DNA of 64,000 nucleotides from the NCBI GenBank assembly GCA_964234715.1, contig OZ174276.1, one strand, 5' to 3'. The notes beneath the pieces are model-generated. The model saw only the letters and a list, made by a program, of their open reading frames with translations, did not search any database and was not told where the DNA came from. A program made the position numbers and the translations under genes. Position 1 is the first letter of the stretch. The number at the start of each line of letters is the position of its first letter. Positions 49,386-62,691 of the stretch are shown piece after piece. The DNA is from Podarcis melisellensis (Eukaryota).

Positions 49386-51593
49386 CTGAGAAAAAGGGAC
49401 ACAACCATATCGCTTACCAACTTATCTGCACCACACTGCTGCCTGACTAATGCAAATATTACTTACATGCCGGTCAAGTGGGAGGATAAAGCATGAAAAG
49501 TAAGTGCAGTACATGAAAAGGACTGGGTGGGAGGGAAGCAAATGCGAATTTCCCCAACATATTCCTTTTCATTAATTCTGGGGGTTTTTCACTGCAGTTT
49601 TTCACATTTGGAGGTTAACCATTCCAGATGGGCATAGCAATCTATGCCCCTGATTTGCTGTGCTGAAGAGGGTTTGGAAGAGGTAGACAGGGCCCCTCCA
49701 CCCATGCCTGCAAACATCTGCTGGACTCTGCCAGAGGAGGAGCTCAACCAGCAAGACATGCCCCAGTGTACTCCCCCAAACTGAGTGCAGAATCTATTGC
49801 TGGTGGTAATGCTACAAGCGGAAGCCAGCAGAAATTCTAGAAACAGGGCATGGGGTGGGTGGGGAGGGGGAGAGAGCTGAGCTGGCACAGGATCCAGCAG
49901 ATCCTCAGCCAGCCCTGCTACTGTTATAGAAAAGGGCCCAATCCAGGCCCAATTCAGTGCCAATCTGTGAGCTGGCGTAGCATCCCCACTTTCTGCCTTA
50001 GATGGTGTGGGCAGTGGGACTGTGGATGCATTCAGCCCCTACCTCTCTTGACCAGGGGCTTGTATTCTTCACCTCTAAGGTCAAGAAATCTAGCAGCTGT
50101 GTCTTAACATACATCATGGATATTCACTGACTATACTGAACCAAATTTGTTACTAGGAGACCTTCAGCTCATATCATTTCCTGTGTGGTCGTAGGGCCTT
50201 TGTGCTGGACATAAGGCCACTCTACACTTAGGCCCCAATAAAAGCACCTCTGCAGGACAAAGCTGTAGTGTAGCATGCACTTCCAGGTATGTCTACGTGG
50301 GCAGTTGCAAAAACTCCTCACTGATACCATTCATCTCTGGAAACACTATACTGAGCTCTAAACCAACAGAAGTGTAATGCTGCTTATCTGGAAGCAAACA
50401 AGGTACAAGATGATCTGGGTCTCTATCTTTTTTGCCTCCAGGATTTATTTATAGTCACCATAAAGTGATAACACAATCCAGCATTATTTACAGGCACATT
50501 AACTTTATGGTATGTAGACTCCCAGACACCCCCAATAAAGTTTCCATAAATCAATCCATGAAAATACCTGTTTGGGGCCCCTGTTCATGCCCTCCCCCAT
50601 CCCCGGAGCATGAGAACCTTAACCCTGTCATCAGCAAATGTCCACAAAACTGACATTTTAAGAGATTATTGCAGCATAATTCTATTCAATCTACACAGCA
50701 ATGTCTCAAATGGAGATACTTGCTAGATTTGTCCTGCTGATAAAAGAATTACTCAGGTTTAAAGTGTGGATCTGAAACGCCACCAACTTCTCTGTAGATG
50801 AGAAAAAGGCAGACTCCTAACTGCAATATGTAAGAAACCTATTTTGGATCACCTCATTTTCTACACACACACACACACACACACACAAGCGCTTTACCAA
50901 ATGTGCTTTAGTGGATTTAATGCCAAGGGCAACAGTGTGCTTAAACTGCATCAAGGATAGCACTAGATCAGTGGATCCCAAACTCCCCCCACCCCCAGAC
51001 CACTTGAAAATGGCTGAGAGACTTAATGGACCACTTTTTCTTGCTGTAGAAATTGTAATGTGCTATGCTACATGCTGTATGGTTTCCTTAATGGTGTTTT
51101 CGTTGTTTCTTTTATTTCTTATAAGCCGTATTAAAATTTTAATTCTATGCAATTCAAATTATAATGCAATCATAGAATGGTAGAGTTGGAAGCTACCCCC
51201 AAGGGTTATCTTGTAAAATCCCCTGCGATGCAGGCATCTCAACTAGATCATCCATGACCAATGGCCATCCAACCTCTCCTTTAAAAACTCCACAAAGTAG
51301 AGTCCACCGCTTTTTCTTGTGCAATAAAATACAGTATAAGAAATAATAGGTGCAACAACAATACCATTAAATATCATTAAGAATGTTTAAGAAGATGGAT
51401 GTGTAGTCTCTCATCTTCAACCACAAATCAGTAGACACGCTATCTGAATGAAGCTCATGGTTGTAGGACCATAGTTTGAGAGTCACTACCCTAGATACTG
51501 TTATTCAGTACCTGCATTACAACTACTAGCTATGCAAGTTTAGACAATAATAATCAGAATGCGTCCAAGCACAAGAGCAACATGTAGCCGTAC

Positions 51594-51727
51594 CCCACTC
51601 CAAGATTCTGTATCACTGATAACGCCAGGAGGGCTGCCTTGTGCTGCAGACTGTGCAGACTCTGGCTCCAGGGAGCGCATCGTCCCATCCTCAGACACCT
51701 GGGCTTTCTCGGTGAGCTTGTCAATAC
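51594..51727 (-). CDS. HID1: HID1 exon (IDKLTEKAQVSEDGTMRSLEPE...SDTESWSG)
   Basis: attcag|GT ... GGG|GTACGG, 134 nt. The donor is weak but phase-correct. Confidence 0.85.
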
Positions 51728-52386
51728 CTGAATTTGGAAGACAGCATTAAGAGGAAACCAAGCAAGGCTCGGAGGAGGTCAACAATATAACTTAGACCAA
51801 ATGATGCAACTCCCAGTACTTGCCTCTCTGTTAAGTACGTTCCTCTTGCTTATGTTTAAACCGACATATCAAGACATGTAAATTTGACATTTGTTTTAAC
51901 ACGCAATCATATTTTATAATGTATATTTTTTTAACTGTCGGTTTTGTTTTGAAAATTTTAAGGCTAACATCTGATTTTATCAGTAATTTTAATGTTATAT
52001 AAATCTTGTTAGATAATTTCCCACCACTCTTTCCAGAGCAGAAAGCACCTCTTTCTAGAAAAAGAACTACGATGGGGAGGGGGGTAGGCAAGTTCCCCGA
52101 CAATTGAATTAAGCTTAGGGACTAGGAAACCAAGACGTTTACATCTGATCATTTGTGGGTAGCTACAAAACAGCCCGGTTCAAATGAGGGTTCTATGACA
52201 ATATCCTGGCAATGGTTCTATGACAATATCCTGGCTGACAAAGCCATTTCGTAACACGGAGCTTAAGTTCTTTCCCTAAATAAGCTTCAACATCAGGAAA
52301 TATATCAAAGATTGGTCCAATTCATCATCTTGAACTGAACTTGAACTGTATTTAAGCAACTATACAACAATAAAGGTTAGACTGAC

Positions 52387-52614
52387 CTGGAGTTGCTACC
52401 AAGCTGGCCTTTAGCGTCCCGGGCTCAGCAGGTGCAGCCGGTCGAGACCCTTCCATGGACACTCCGTCCTGAGAGTTGGTGCGAGATATAGGTTCGGGAG
52501 CTTTCTTTTTGCGCTGCAAAGCTCTCTGGATGGACTGCAAGTCAGTAGGCAGATTGGCCAGCTGATGGAACACATTTCGCTTGCGGATAATGGCATAGAC
52601 CAAGTTGGAATTGC
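52387..52614 (-). CDS. HID1: HID1 exon (NSNLVYAIIRKRNVFHQLANLP...ASLVATP)
   Basis: tcctag| ... G|GTCAGT, 228 nt. Confidence 0.94.
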
Positions 52615-53227
52615 CTAGGAAATCACAGCAGCAGAAGGGAGAAAAAACATGATTAAGTAATTTTATTTGCAGGGTAAAAGACCTACAAATAAGCCTGGGA
52701 GGCTGTATGCTACTTACAGTCCTGTACCAAGAACACCTTTCCTTACCTTCTCCTATCTTACCGCTAGGGGAAAAAATTAGTCCACAAAGCAAAAGCACAG
52801 TTCTTGAGTTGTTTACAGGGTACCCAATTGGCAATGCTAAGAAATTACTTAAGATCAATAACAGAGGAGAAGGAAGTGGGAGCCTAGTGAGCAGCATGCA
52901 GGATCTGGACTTGAATTTGCTTTCTTGCTTGGCTACCAACTTACTGAGACTTTGGCCTAGTCGCTGCTCTCAGCCTTAGTGCCCAGTGCATAAAATGGAA
53001 ACTATAGTGACATGGATCAAAAGCAGTGGGATAGAAAAGATGAAAGCCAAATGACTTCTGGGACCTGGGTTGTGGGTGCCAAAACAGAATGTCTAGTTGC
53101 CATGGGGGGAGGGGGGGACTGACAACACTTTTTATTATGACTGTACTTAGAGTAATACATTTTCTTCATTCTTGGCATGTCATCAGAAAGGGGTATTGGG
53201 CTGGCTTATTGTTTAGCAGCTACTCAC

Positions 53228-53392
53228 CATCAAACTGATATTGAATGATATTATTGAAAACTTCCAGCAAAAAGAAGACAAGGTGGTGGTTCTGGACACT
53301 GGAGAAGAGGAACCAGGTGGTTGAAAAAGCTTCCAACAAGTGCAGCAGTTTGTTAGCAGCTACCATGGAAAGAGACTTCAAGTACGGAGATA
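53228..53392 (-). CDS. HID1: HID1 exon (SPYLKSLSMVAANKLLHLLEAFST...NNIIQYQFD)
   Basis: ttccag| ... G|GTGAGT, 165 nt. Confidence 0.94.
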
Positions 53393-53465
53393 CTGGAAGA
53401 AGGGGAAAAGACAGTAATTCCCTTTATGATTGTTTATCTTCAGCATACATGGCACTTTAACACAC

Positions 53466-53520
53466 GGAAGGAAGGAAGGAAGGAAGGAAGGAAGGAAGGA
53501 AGGAAGGAAGGAAGGAAGGA
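53466..53520. repeat. (GGAA)n microsatellite
   Basis: Read directly from the sequence. Confidence 0.95.
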
Positions 53521-54725
53521 GAGAGTGTGAATCTAAATTTTAACAGTGTGGAAGGTACATGGGGCAGGTAAAGACAGCAAAGGATGGATGTGAACAAATG
53601 TTATTATACATCCTAAATTACTGCAGGGGATGAGGATTAAACCAAAGGCTTCATAGTAGGGGTGAATTTTGGGAAGGCACCTATTTACTAGTTCACTCAA
53701 TCTTTTGTGAACTAGTAATGTAAAACCTTAAATAAAAATAAAGAAGTTTACATCTAATTCTAGGAAAAGGTGAAGCAGGAAACTTTGTTGAAGTTTGCCT
53801 CATATCTTGAAAACTAGTTTAGGGGTTTTATGTATGTTCCATAAAGGGAAAGGCAAACTGTAGTGCCTCGTTACACAGGGTTCCATAGCTGTTACCTTCA
53901 GAATTAGGAGATACACGCACCATATGGGGCCTTGTAAAATAAAGGAAATCTGATCAGACACTACTTTAGCCTTTAAGACACTCTTATTGTGTTTTTAAAA
54001 TTTGTTAAAATAGTTAATATATTTGGAACAAAATCCTGTAACAGGATACAAGAGCTAGTAAAGAAAAATTAAGTCAATTATGAAAAGGCAGCTCCAAAAA
54101 ATGCTACAGGTTTCCTTTAATATGAAACAAATCTTGATTCTAAATCACTGCATACTGTTAGCAAAGGAAGCCAATGCCATCTACTGCAGTGGAGAGGGTA
54201 TTGCGCCATTTCCTCAGCTCCACATAAAATTACTTCAATGCTTATTGTACAGATTGACACAAACTAGGATGTGTCTCGAATGAGAGTAAGGAAAAGGCAC
54301 AAAATAACTCAATGAACATTTCCCAACTGTTGCACTCACAATGGTCTTCTCTGACTGAGTTTTAAGGAACTAGAATGAAGATATCCAGAAATAACATCTG
54401 CATATATTGGGTGGCATCCAACTAAACAGTTCCACTAGCGCAAACTCTTTTGGCTGCACAACATAACTTCCCCTCCCTCTTCTCTCGCCATGAAGCTGAT
54501 TTAAGGGGACACAGAAGAGGGAAGGGAAGGTTAGCTCCACCACATGCCAAAACCCAACAATCTGTTTTGCAGGATACCAGCAGCTGTCTGTTCCTTCAGA
54601 TGTCAAGAGAAACGCTGATGGACTATGATACTACCAAAGGTTTCTTTTGTGGGGAGGTTGTTGATTTAAACATAAATCTCCATACCTAAGTAAGCGTTTC
54701 AATACAGTTCACTCTGGCAGCTTAC

Positions 54726-54804
54726 CATTCACAATGATAGTAAGAAGGCAGTCAAAGAGGGGCTGCAGCCTCTGGTGCCCACTGGTGATGATCTTATGAA
54801 AGAC
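54726..54804 (-). CDS. HID1: HID1 exon (VFHKIITSGHQRLQPLFDCLLTIIVN)
   Basis: ttccag| ... G|GTAAGC, 79 nt. Confidence 0.94.
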
Positions 54805-55228
54805 CTGGAACACAGAATAAAAATGGCAATGAACAGGTACAGACAGAATTATCATGTTACTCCTGTGCTGGCTGTTGCCACCACTGAAGAGCAAATGTAG
54901 CATGTGAAATTCTGTAAGTCGACCATGAAGCAGTTCACAAAATTCCTGCCCATTTCTCCTAAAATACAATATTTCTGATTAGCAAGACACAGGGCTCATA
55001 TACACTTCCACTCGTCCTGTGTTTTCTAGGCAGGATTCTGAGTGGTGGTCTGTTTTCCCTGCCGCTTTCCCCCAGAAAACCAGGCTCTTTGGTGCTAAAT
55101 TGGAATAGACAACAATCCATGGAAAACCCAATTGCCATTTGTTCTAATTCAGCATTGAACCGTGGGTTTCCTTGGGAAAACGGAAGTGTGGATGAGCAAC
55201 GGGCATGGCTGGTAACTGCGACACTCAC

Positions 55229-55380
55229 AATGATCAGGAGATCCGCGTGTGTCCCTGTAAATACAGGGATATCCATTGGTACTCGAACGGAGTACGGCTT
55301 GTTCAGCCGAACCCCAAAATTTCTCTCTCCACTCAGCAGCAGTAGGATGAAGACACCGATATGCATAAGCCCAACTCGTG
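55229..55380 (-). CDS. HID1: HID1 exon (RVGLMHIGVFILLLLSGERNFGVRLNKPY...HADLLII)
   Basis: ttacag| ... |GTGAGT, 152 nt. Confidence 0.95.
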
Positions 55381-55542
55381 CTGTAAAGAGAAGAACAGTG
55401 CTGACGTTCAATCAACTAACAGATATAGCGCAAATAATTTTGTAGAAGAATCTTCTGCACAGCAACTCCACAGCGCAATGGTCCTAAAGAAACTCATGAT
55501 CAAAACAGACCCATTTCACTGCTGACACCCAAGCAGTTTCAC

Positions 55543-55727
55543 GGGGAAAGGGCCACAGCTCAGTGGTAGAGCATCTACGGTGCACGCAGTTTTAATTCCC
55601 AGCATCTCCAGGTAGGGCAGGGAGAAACCCTTATCTGAAATCCTGGGAAGCTTCTCCCAGTCACTGCAGGCAGTGCTGAGCTAGATGGACTGCTGATGAT
55701 CTTACTCAGTATAAGGCAGCTTCCTAT
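55543..55727 (+). mobile_element. Old tRNA-derived SINE
   Basis: Box A-like AGCTCAGTGGTAGAGCA, degenerate box B, 3' ctcagtataaggcagcttcctat. Confidence 0.65.
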
Positions 55728-56800
55728 ATATGTCATGGGGCAATGTGTGACTGCTGGTTTTGTGAATGTACTCCAATGTACATTGACCTGTGAATATACT
55801 CCAAGAAGGCCACTGAAAAAAAGGAGAGGGAGGCCCAAACCAGATATGACAGGGAAGCCACACATATCTACACGTTTAAAGCAGGGAGTGGGTGGACACC
55901 CTGTTGGCACACAAAAAAACACCAAATGCCTGTGAAGAGCTAAACCCTATCCTGCCTTACCTCACAGTCCTCCACTGCCTGCAGTGGTTCTTTCCCAGCC
56001 CAGCTCCAATACTGGCACTGAGCAGAGCTGAAGAGAAACATACTTGAAAACAATGTAGTGAGGGTGGATGAGAGATGGCTAAGCTCCCTTCATCTGTGAA
56101 TGCCTTGTCATGTTAAGGAAAACAAAAAGAAGCCCTGAACCCTCCCCCTCCCATGCTTTACACATGAAAATAACAGACATGTCTGCCCATGTCTAAACTG
56201 GCGTGGCCCTAACGCAGCTCTCTTGCCTCTGCATCTAGAATCTTTATGGCTGATGACCTAAGAGCCAAGGAAAATTAATGTGGGTATCATTTGATTAAAT
56301 TATGTTTGGCTTTTGGATGCTGTGAACCGGAGACACCAAACCAGCTTCTCACATATTCTAATGGTAACACACTGACCTGTGCTTTTCCAGCCATTCTTTT
56401 GGATCTTCCAAATTTGAGCTACCAGCTGAGCAGTACAGGAACACTAAGATTAGTGGGGAAGGCTGCTCATGATGGCCTATGGCTATATGACTGTAAACTG
56501 ATAATTCTGGTTTCTCATGCTGTGTACACACTAGTGGGCAGACAGTGGGTACGGATGTCTTCCGGTAGCTTATATTTTCAAATTGGGTCAAAGCTGACAA
56601 GGGGCAGGGGCTGTATTGAAATACAGCATTTTTCAGCCTCACATATTCTCTAGGCACAACCACTTCAGTTGAATTGGACCCAACTACAGCTACACCCATG
56701 AAGTTATTTCCAGTATCTGGGACTGCACAAGCAATCACAATGAATGCAGAAGGAAGCCTTATCAGCCTGAGTTTTGAGAAAAAGACAAGACCAAACTTAC

Positions 56801-56891
56801 ACTGATCTGCTCTGGCATCATTCAGAAAGAAGAGAATTGGCACCAGGATATCTAGGACATCGCTACTCTTCAGCACAAAGAAGAGAAATTT
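56801..56891 (-). CDS. HID1: HID1 exon (KFLFFVLKSSDVLDILVPILFFLNDARADQ)
   Basis: tttcag| ... T|GTAAGT, 91 nt. Confidence 0.94.
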
Positions 56892-57685
56892 CTGAAAGGG
56901 AAAAATAAAGACTTGAACTCCTTCACACAGTTTATCTACTCTACAGGTCCAGCCACGGCCCAGTGGCCCAACAGAAAGAAGCTGATGCTTCCTATGAAGA
57001 TGCGTCAGAGAGGGAAAGTATACGAACCAACAAGTTCAGAAGTGCTGGCTAGTTTGTCAGTGGTTTTGTGTTTTAGAACTCTGCTTTCTGCTGACTGCAT
57101 TGCAGCACAAAAAGGTTAAGGAGAGAGTCCTACTAACTCAATGAGTCTCTCTTCTAAAAAGACATGGCAGGATTTGCACTGATAATCCCACATTTATTTT
57201 CATGTTAAATGTCTTGATTGAATAATGAAAAGCATGCTCTGCCAATAGTTTATTATGTGAGGAAATCAGCAAACAGCTGGCACTATAATTTCCTATTTCC
57301 CCCCTTATAGGCTGCTTTCTGTTGGAGGCTTCTCAAGTGTCAGGTGTGCTGATTCAGCATGCCTGGAACCTGAATTTCACATAAGGATTGGGTTGACGCC
57401 TATGCTGATCTCTGCAAGTCCAACCACATGCAAGCAGACTAGCAGTATCAGCAAGGGTTATAATGTCCCACACAGTCACCAGTTAATGGGATTCTCCATT
57501 CCTGCATCTTTCAGTGCTAAACCAGCCAAGGGGGAAGGAGGTCAGGGGAAAGAGGAGAACTGCCAACTAGGTAACACACACGTCCCTAGTCGCTATCACC
57601 AAGATTCCCTTATTCCCTTGCTTGCTTTCAGCAGGCACAGATCTCTCCCCCTCTTGAATCTTTGGCAGATCCAACAGATGTGCAC

Positions 57686-57826
57686 CTTGTTGAAATCACA
57701 GAGTTTCCAGAAGAGAACCAGGAGCTCCTGGTGGAACTGAATCTTCTTGGTAGAGTTTGGCAGGTAGGTTTGGACCAGTGGGTTGGAGAGTAGACGGGCC
57801 ACTCCTTTCAGAATGAATTGAAAATC
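57686..57826 (-). CDS. HID1: HID1 exon (DFQFILKGVARLLSNPL...FWKLCDFNK)
   Basis: tggcag| ... AAG|GTGCAC, 141 nt. Confidence 0.93.
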
Positions 57827-57943
57827 CTGCCAAAAAAAGATAATGTAAATTGAATAAACAAGTCCTGTCAGCAAAGATAATGTAAATGGCCTCAAGGCTA
57901 GCCCTGTAAGTACTGTAGTCAAAAGAAGAATATGGCACAATAC

Positions 57944-58000
57944 CTCTTCTCTGTGTATCCTGGACAGGTAATTGACAAACAGATTGTCTGGTCCCGGAGG
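57944..58000 (-). CDS. HID1: HID1 exon (PPGPDNLFVNYLSRIHREE)
   Basis: atgcag| ... GAG|GTATTG, 57 nt. Confidence 0.92.
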
Positions 58001-59832
58001 CTGCATTAAAAGCAAGTTGAGATAGCACTTTTCAGCATTTGCATTGGCAATTAAGGGCATATAAAAGGTTATTTGCATTCTCTGGCAACTGACATTTTCA
58101 CCAAATTGTCAGAAAATTCTAATAGTTGACAAATTCAGTCAGTTAGGGATCAGTGATACACAGAACAGGATTTGGTATAACAGTGCTTCCATTCATAGAA
58201 TTTAGCAGCAAGCCAAGTGATACACCTTCCATTTTGAGGATGCAACGTATAGCAGTGCTGCTGACCAAAGTCAATACTTAGCATCTAGACTAGCATCTTA
58301 GCATCTAGACTAGACTAGGCTACTTACTTTACTTATTATATAGGGAATGCTATTAACTCTAAAAATTGACTTGCACACAAAAATAGGAAGTGGTTCCCAA
58401 TAGTACTATTGATAGCATGCAAGGTTTTAATTGTCACACAAAGATTTCTGCTTGGAGTGGAAAGCTCTGCAAAGTTAGAAGGCTTGCGGTAATTATCCTA
58501 TAAAATGAATTACCTCTGCTAGCACCCAACAATTTCAGGGCCGCACAGGGAACAATGGAGGATGTGTGGTTTGGTTTGAAAAAAATGGCTGTAAAGGGGA
58601 AAAGGGAAAGGCATAAGCCCTCTCCCCACCTCCAAAGCTGTTTTTCTTTCAACACTAACGACATTGGAGCTTCAGTATTTACATCTCTGTGTAACATGCA
58701 GGTTGAACAGTACACTGAACAGTATGAAGTGTAATACTTTTCAGAGCATTCTTAGTACAAAGTATATAGGGACAGACAGCTGAAAGCATTCTAAGATTTG
58801 AACACTGAGCATCAGTTTGGCCAAAAAGGAGTGTTTCAGTACAAAGATGACCTTCCCCTCCAATAAAGACCAGTTAGCTCCTTCACCTCAGCAAGAAAAG
58901 GAGGGGATAGAGTGCTCCTTTCATCTCTGCTCATTTTGAGAGAGAGCATGGGATACCTTCCCAGCATGCAGACAGGAAGAAAAGCATAGTGAAACCAAAA
59001 TAATCACGTATGCTACAACCGCAGTGTGAGGAATGCCCTGAAATGAGCTAGTTAGTATGCACATTAATATAGGTCAGGGATTCAGAAAAAGTTATTTCAG
59101 TATTAAGGGGAAACAAAGGCACCACTAAGCTCTTAGGATGATGGGGAGTTCATTTCTCAGATTTACCATGATTACTACAATTGTCTCTTAGCAAAAGACA
59201 GCTTGAAAAGAGGTTTTCAAAACCAGCTGAACTCTAAAAAACAGCACTATACTGAAGCATGCACTATTGAGAGAGGGCAGAGTACTCAAACTTCAGTAGA
59301 AGTCAGTCATCTGCATTTCACATTGTGGTGAATTTATGATATGTACATATTAGTTTTTGAACTTCCCTTCTTGAATTTATTGGGCTTTTTAATAGGGACA
59401 AATCCATTTACCTGTTTGGTCAAAGACACCATCTGATCTTCTCCCAAAACCCAAACTACATGTTGCATGCAAACTCTCTCCCCCATGCTCCTTATCTGCA
59501 ACAAAACTGTCTCTCCCCACCAAAAAATGACTTTTCCTTCCCAGAGGCTCCTGAAGGGATGTGTGTATGCAACATCTGGCAGTTTCAAGACCTTCAGCCT
59601 GACCAAAAAGACTCTTGTGTGAGTCTGGGCAATTTTTGAGACTGGTCTCATGACAGACACATACAGAAAATACAGAACACAGGAACACAAAAATTCCAGC
59701 TGGAGAGTTACTCTTTGAGGTGTATAAATTTCATAAATAAAATAAATGAGTGTGTACCCACAAACTTCTCTAGAAAGGGAAGCCATCCTCCCCTCAGTAC
59801 AAGAAACACAGCTAAACATGGGAGCAACTCAC

Positions 59833-60055
59833 ATCAGCATCATCCATGACTGTTCCAGTGGTAGTTCCATCTACTGTGGGGCTGGAGCTGGTGGAAGTGT
59901 CATAGTCCAGGGTGACTATCAAGACTTGGGCAGCCTGCTCCACCAGGGGTTCGCGATAGTCCGAGAAGAGCAAGTGGTTATATGGGATCCCATAGCCCAC
60001 TGGATCATAAGCACAGACGATATTCAAGAGGGAAGTGAACAGTGGAAGCGCATGC
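59833..60055 (-). CDS. HID1: HID1 exon (HALPLFTSLLNIVCAYDPVGYGIPYNHLLFSD...MDDAD)
   Basis: ttttag|G ... GAT|GTGAGT, 223 nt. Confidence 0.95.
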
Positions 60056-61431
60056 CTAAAAGAGGATCCAACATGCTCAAGAAGTTGCACTGGGGATGAA
60101 AAACTCTTCAAAGCTTTCCAAAGGCAGCCGTATTTTCTATAAGATGTGCATTCTGTTAGCATTGATTCACTACTATGTGAAAGGGTAGAAACCTGTATCC
60201 CTCAGGGACAGCATGGATTAGTGAAAAGGTGGGGGGGGGGAGACACTTACTCTGAGGCATCATCTGATATTTTTAGATTATTCTTCCTAGCCATCTAGAT
60301 AAATGAAGCATTATTCCATAAGTGTGTCAACATAAACTTGAATTGAGCCTTTATAACCAATACAGCTGTAATAAAAATATATATATTTCATCGCTACTTA
60401 AGTGCTGCTATCATACAAATCTTCTACTGTATAAAATAGTTGGGCAAAGTGCTTGTGGCATCACTAGCAATAAGCAATTAAAACATACCCTATCCCTTTA
60501 ACAAAACATTTTCCCAAAGGAATTTACAACAGACAATAAAAAAACAGCACCCACTCATATACCATGCAATTTTATGAGCATAAAGGAGTTTATTTGTTTT
60601 CCTGCTTTACAGAGACGTTCCTCCTGCCATGGTAACAGGCAGTGAAATGCTCTTATTGCTCTCTCTCTTTTTAAGGGCAGTGGGGAAAGAAGTGGACATC
60701 AACAAAACTACCTCTTTCATAGACAACGAAGGGCTGCCTTTTGTTTTAATTCTCTGAGGCTAAGCACTCTTCCTCTCCAACACTGCTTTGCGTGCATGAT
60801 TAAGTCTTTTTTTAAGTGGCACAAGGCTTACTTACACACTTGGCACTTGCTCCCTTCCATTACATGGGGACAGAAATAGCACTGTCACTGGAGCTTGCTC
60901 CACCACAGTGCTAAAAATAAAAGACCATTTTGAATCATCTGCAAAGGCAGGCATGAAAAAAGCTGCCAGCAACTGATTTTATCACATCAACTGATGTAGC
61001 AAAAGGAAAGCAATACCACTCAGCTCAGGAGTGCTGGTTGGATAAATCCAGTCATATTCTAGACCAATGAAGGCGCTTAAGCCTTTTGAAAGGCAGAAGA
61101 CTGCAAGAGATGAACACCAGAGGGCAGGCATTCACCAGGAATCAAGGATTGCAATCCAGGTATAACCAACAACATACAGTGGTCAGAATATTTGAAGCCA
61201 CAATTGGAAACCAATATAGAAAGTCCACCCTGTCTACCTTTCTTGTACTTCAGAAATTGGAGTATAGTACAGTGAACTTCAACTAGAATATATCACCTAT
61301 TTGGGCAACACGTGTGAGTTGTAAATAAAGCTAGGCAAGTGTGGACATCCATAAGGCAGATATAGTGAAACACCGACAAAAGGGGGTGGGGGTGGGGACA
61401 CATGCAGAAGAGAGATACCATGTCTATAGAA

Positions 61432-61570
61432 CAGGCATCCCCAAACCCGGCCCTCCATATGTTTTTTTGGGACTACAGCTCCCATCATCCCTAGCTAACA
61501 GGACCAATGGTCAAGGATGATGGGAATTGTAGTCCCAAAACATCTGGAGGCCCGAGTTTGGGGATGCCTG
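61432..61570. mobile_element. Palindromic hAT-type MITE
   Basis: TIR CAGGCATCCCCAAAC; 8-bp TSD CTATAGAA at 61424-61431 and 61571-61578. Confidence 0.9.
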
Positions 61571-61653
61571 CTATAGAACTTCTTAGGCTAACAGATTTGG
61601 ATTAAACCATATTGCTCCAAAGTATCCACCACATACAGTCAGCTACCTCTTAC

Positions 61654-61767
61654 CTATTCTCCGTGGAGCAGAAAAACTGGACCCAGGGATTTGAGTTGCT
61701 ATCTGAGGAGGGGGGCAGGTACATGACCTCTGAGAAACAAGTCAGCAGGAGCTTCAGGAGCTCTGTC
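61654..61767 (-). CDS. HID1: HID1 exon (TELLKLLLTCFSEVMYLPPSSDSNSNPWVQFFCSTENR)
   Basis: tttcag|G ... AG|GTAAGA, 114 nt. Confidence 0.93.
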
Positions 61768-62056
61768 CTGAAAAACACAACAGCAAGAAATCCCAGTTGC
61801 ATGAGGCTGTAAGGAATGGAGAGCTAATGGAGGGTTAGTTTCGGATTCTCTGTTACAATGTAAACTGAGCAACCTTTCATCAACCACCAGCTTAATATAC
61901 ATTACTAACTGCATTTTTCTTCATGTTGGCATTTGTAAGTGGTCACTGAGAAGTTTTCTTCAAAGACATGCTTTTTCTAGGAGCGCTTATTCCTTTAGCC
62001 ATCAGGAGCCACAGGCCACTTATCCACTCTCTCATTCACAGTAAGTAGCTATTAGC

Positions 62057-62313
62057 AGACAGATCCTAAAGCTGAGACTCCAATACTTTGGCCACCTCAC
62101 GAGAAGAGAAGACTTCCTGGAAAAGACCCTGATGTTGGGAAAGATGGAGGGCACAAGGAGAAGGGGATGACAGAGGACGAGATGGTTGGACAGTGTTCTT
62201 GAATCTACCAACATGAGTCTGACCAAACTGCGGGAGGCAGTGGAAGACAGGAGTGCCTGGCGTGCTCTGGTCCATGGGATCACAAAGAGTCGGACACGAC
62301 TAAACAACAACAA
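62057..62313 (+). mobile_element. BovB (RTE) LINE 3' end
   Basis: caatactttggccacct...ggaaaagaccctgatg...gagatggttgga...agagtcggacacgact followed by a (CAA)n tail. Confidence 0.9.
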
Positions 62314-62691
62314 GCATTGTGTCTTTTGTTTGGCCCTATTCCATGGAGCCCATCTAAGCAAAACAGTGACAGCAGGAAATAAAATGCAATGCAATGCCCA
62401 ATGTAGCCTTTGCATTAGCACTGCTAGCTTGTGAAGCTTCAGATATCGATGATGCCTTGGTTTTCATATTCTATCAGAGACCATCTAGAATGCAGACTTG
62501 AGTAGAAAAAAAAAACACCTCTCCATATATGAAATTAATTTAGTCCTAGTCTTCAATACAATAAGGTTATTAGCACCTAGCTTTCGCCCACACAAAGAAA
62601 GGTCTATTGAGATGCTCACATTTCTGTATAGTGCCAATCATCCTGCCAGCTCTCCTTTTGTCTCTTCTGGAGTATTTTTTGTTGTTCTTAC

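Noticed and set aside
53685-53718. 12-bp perfect hairpin TTACTAGTTCAC...GTGAACTAGTAA
   Set aside because: Too short for a pre-miRNA; probably chance or a MITE relic.
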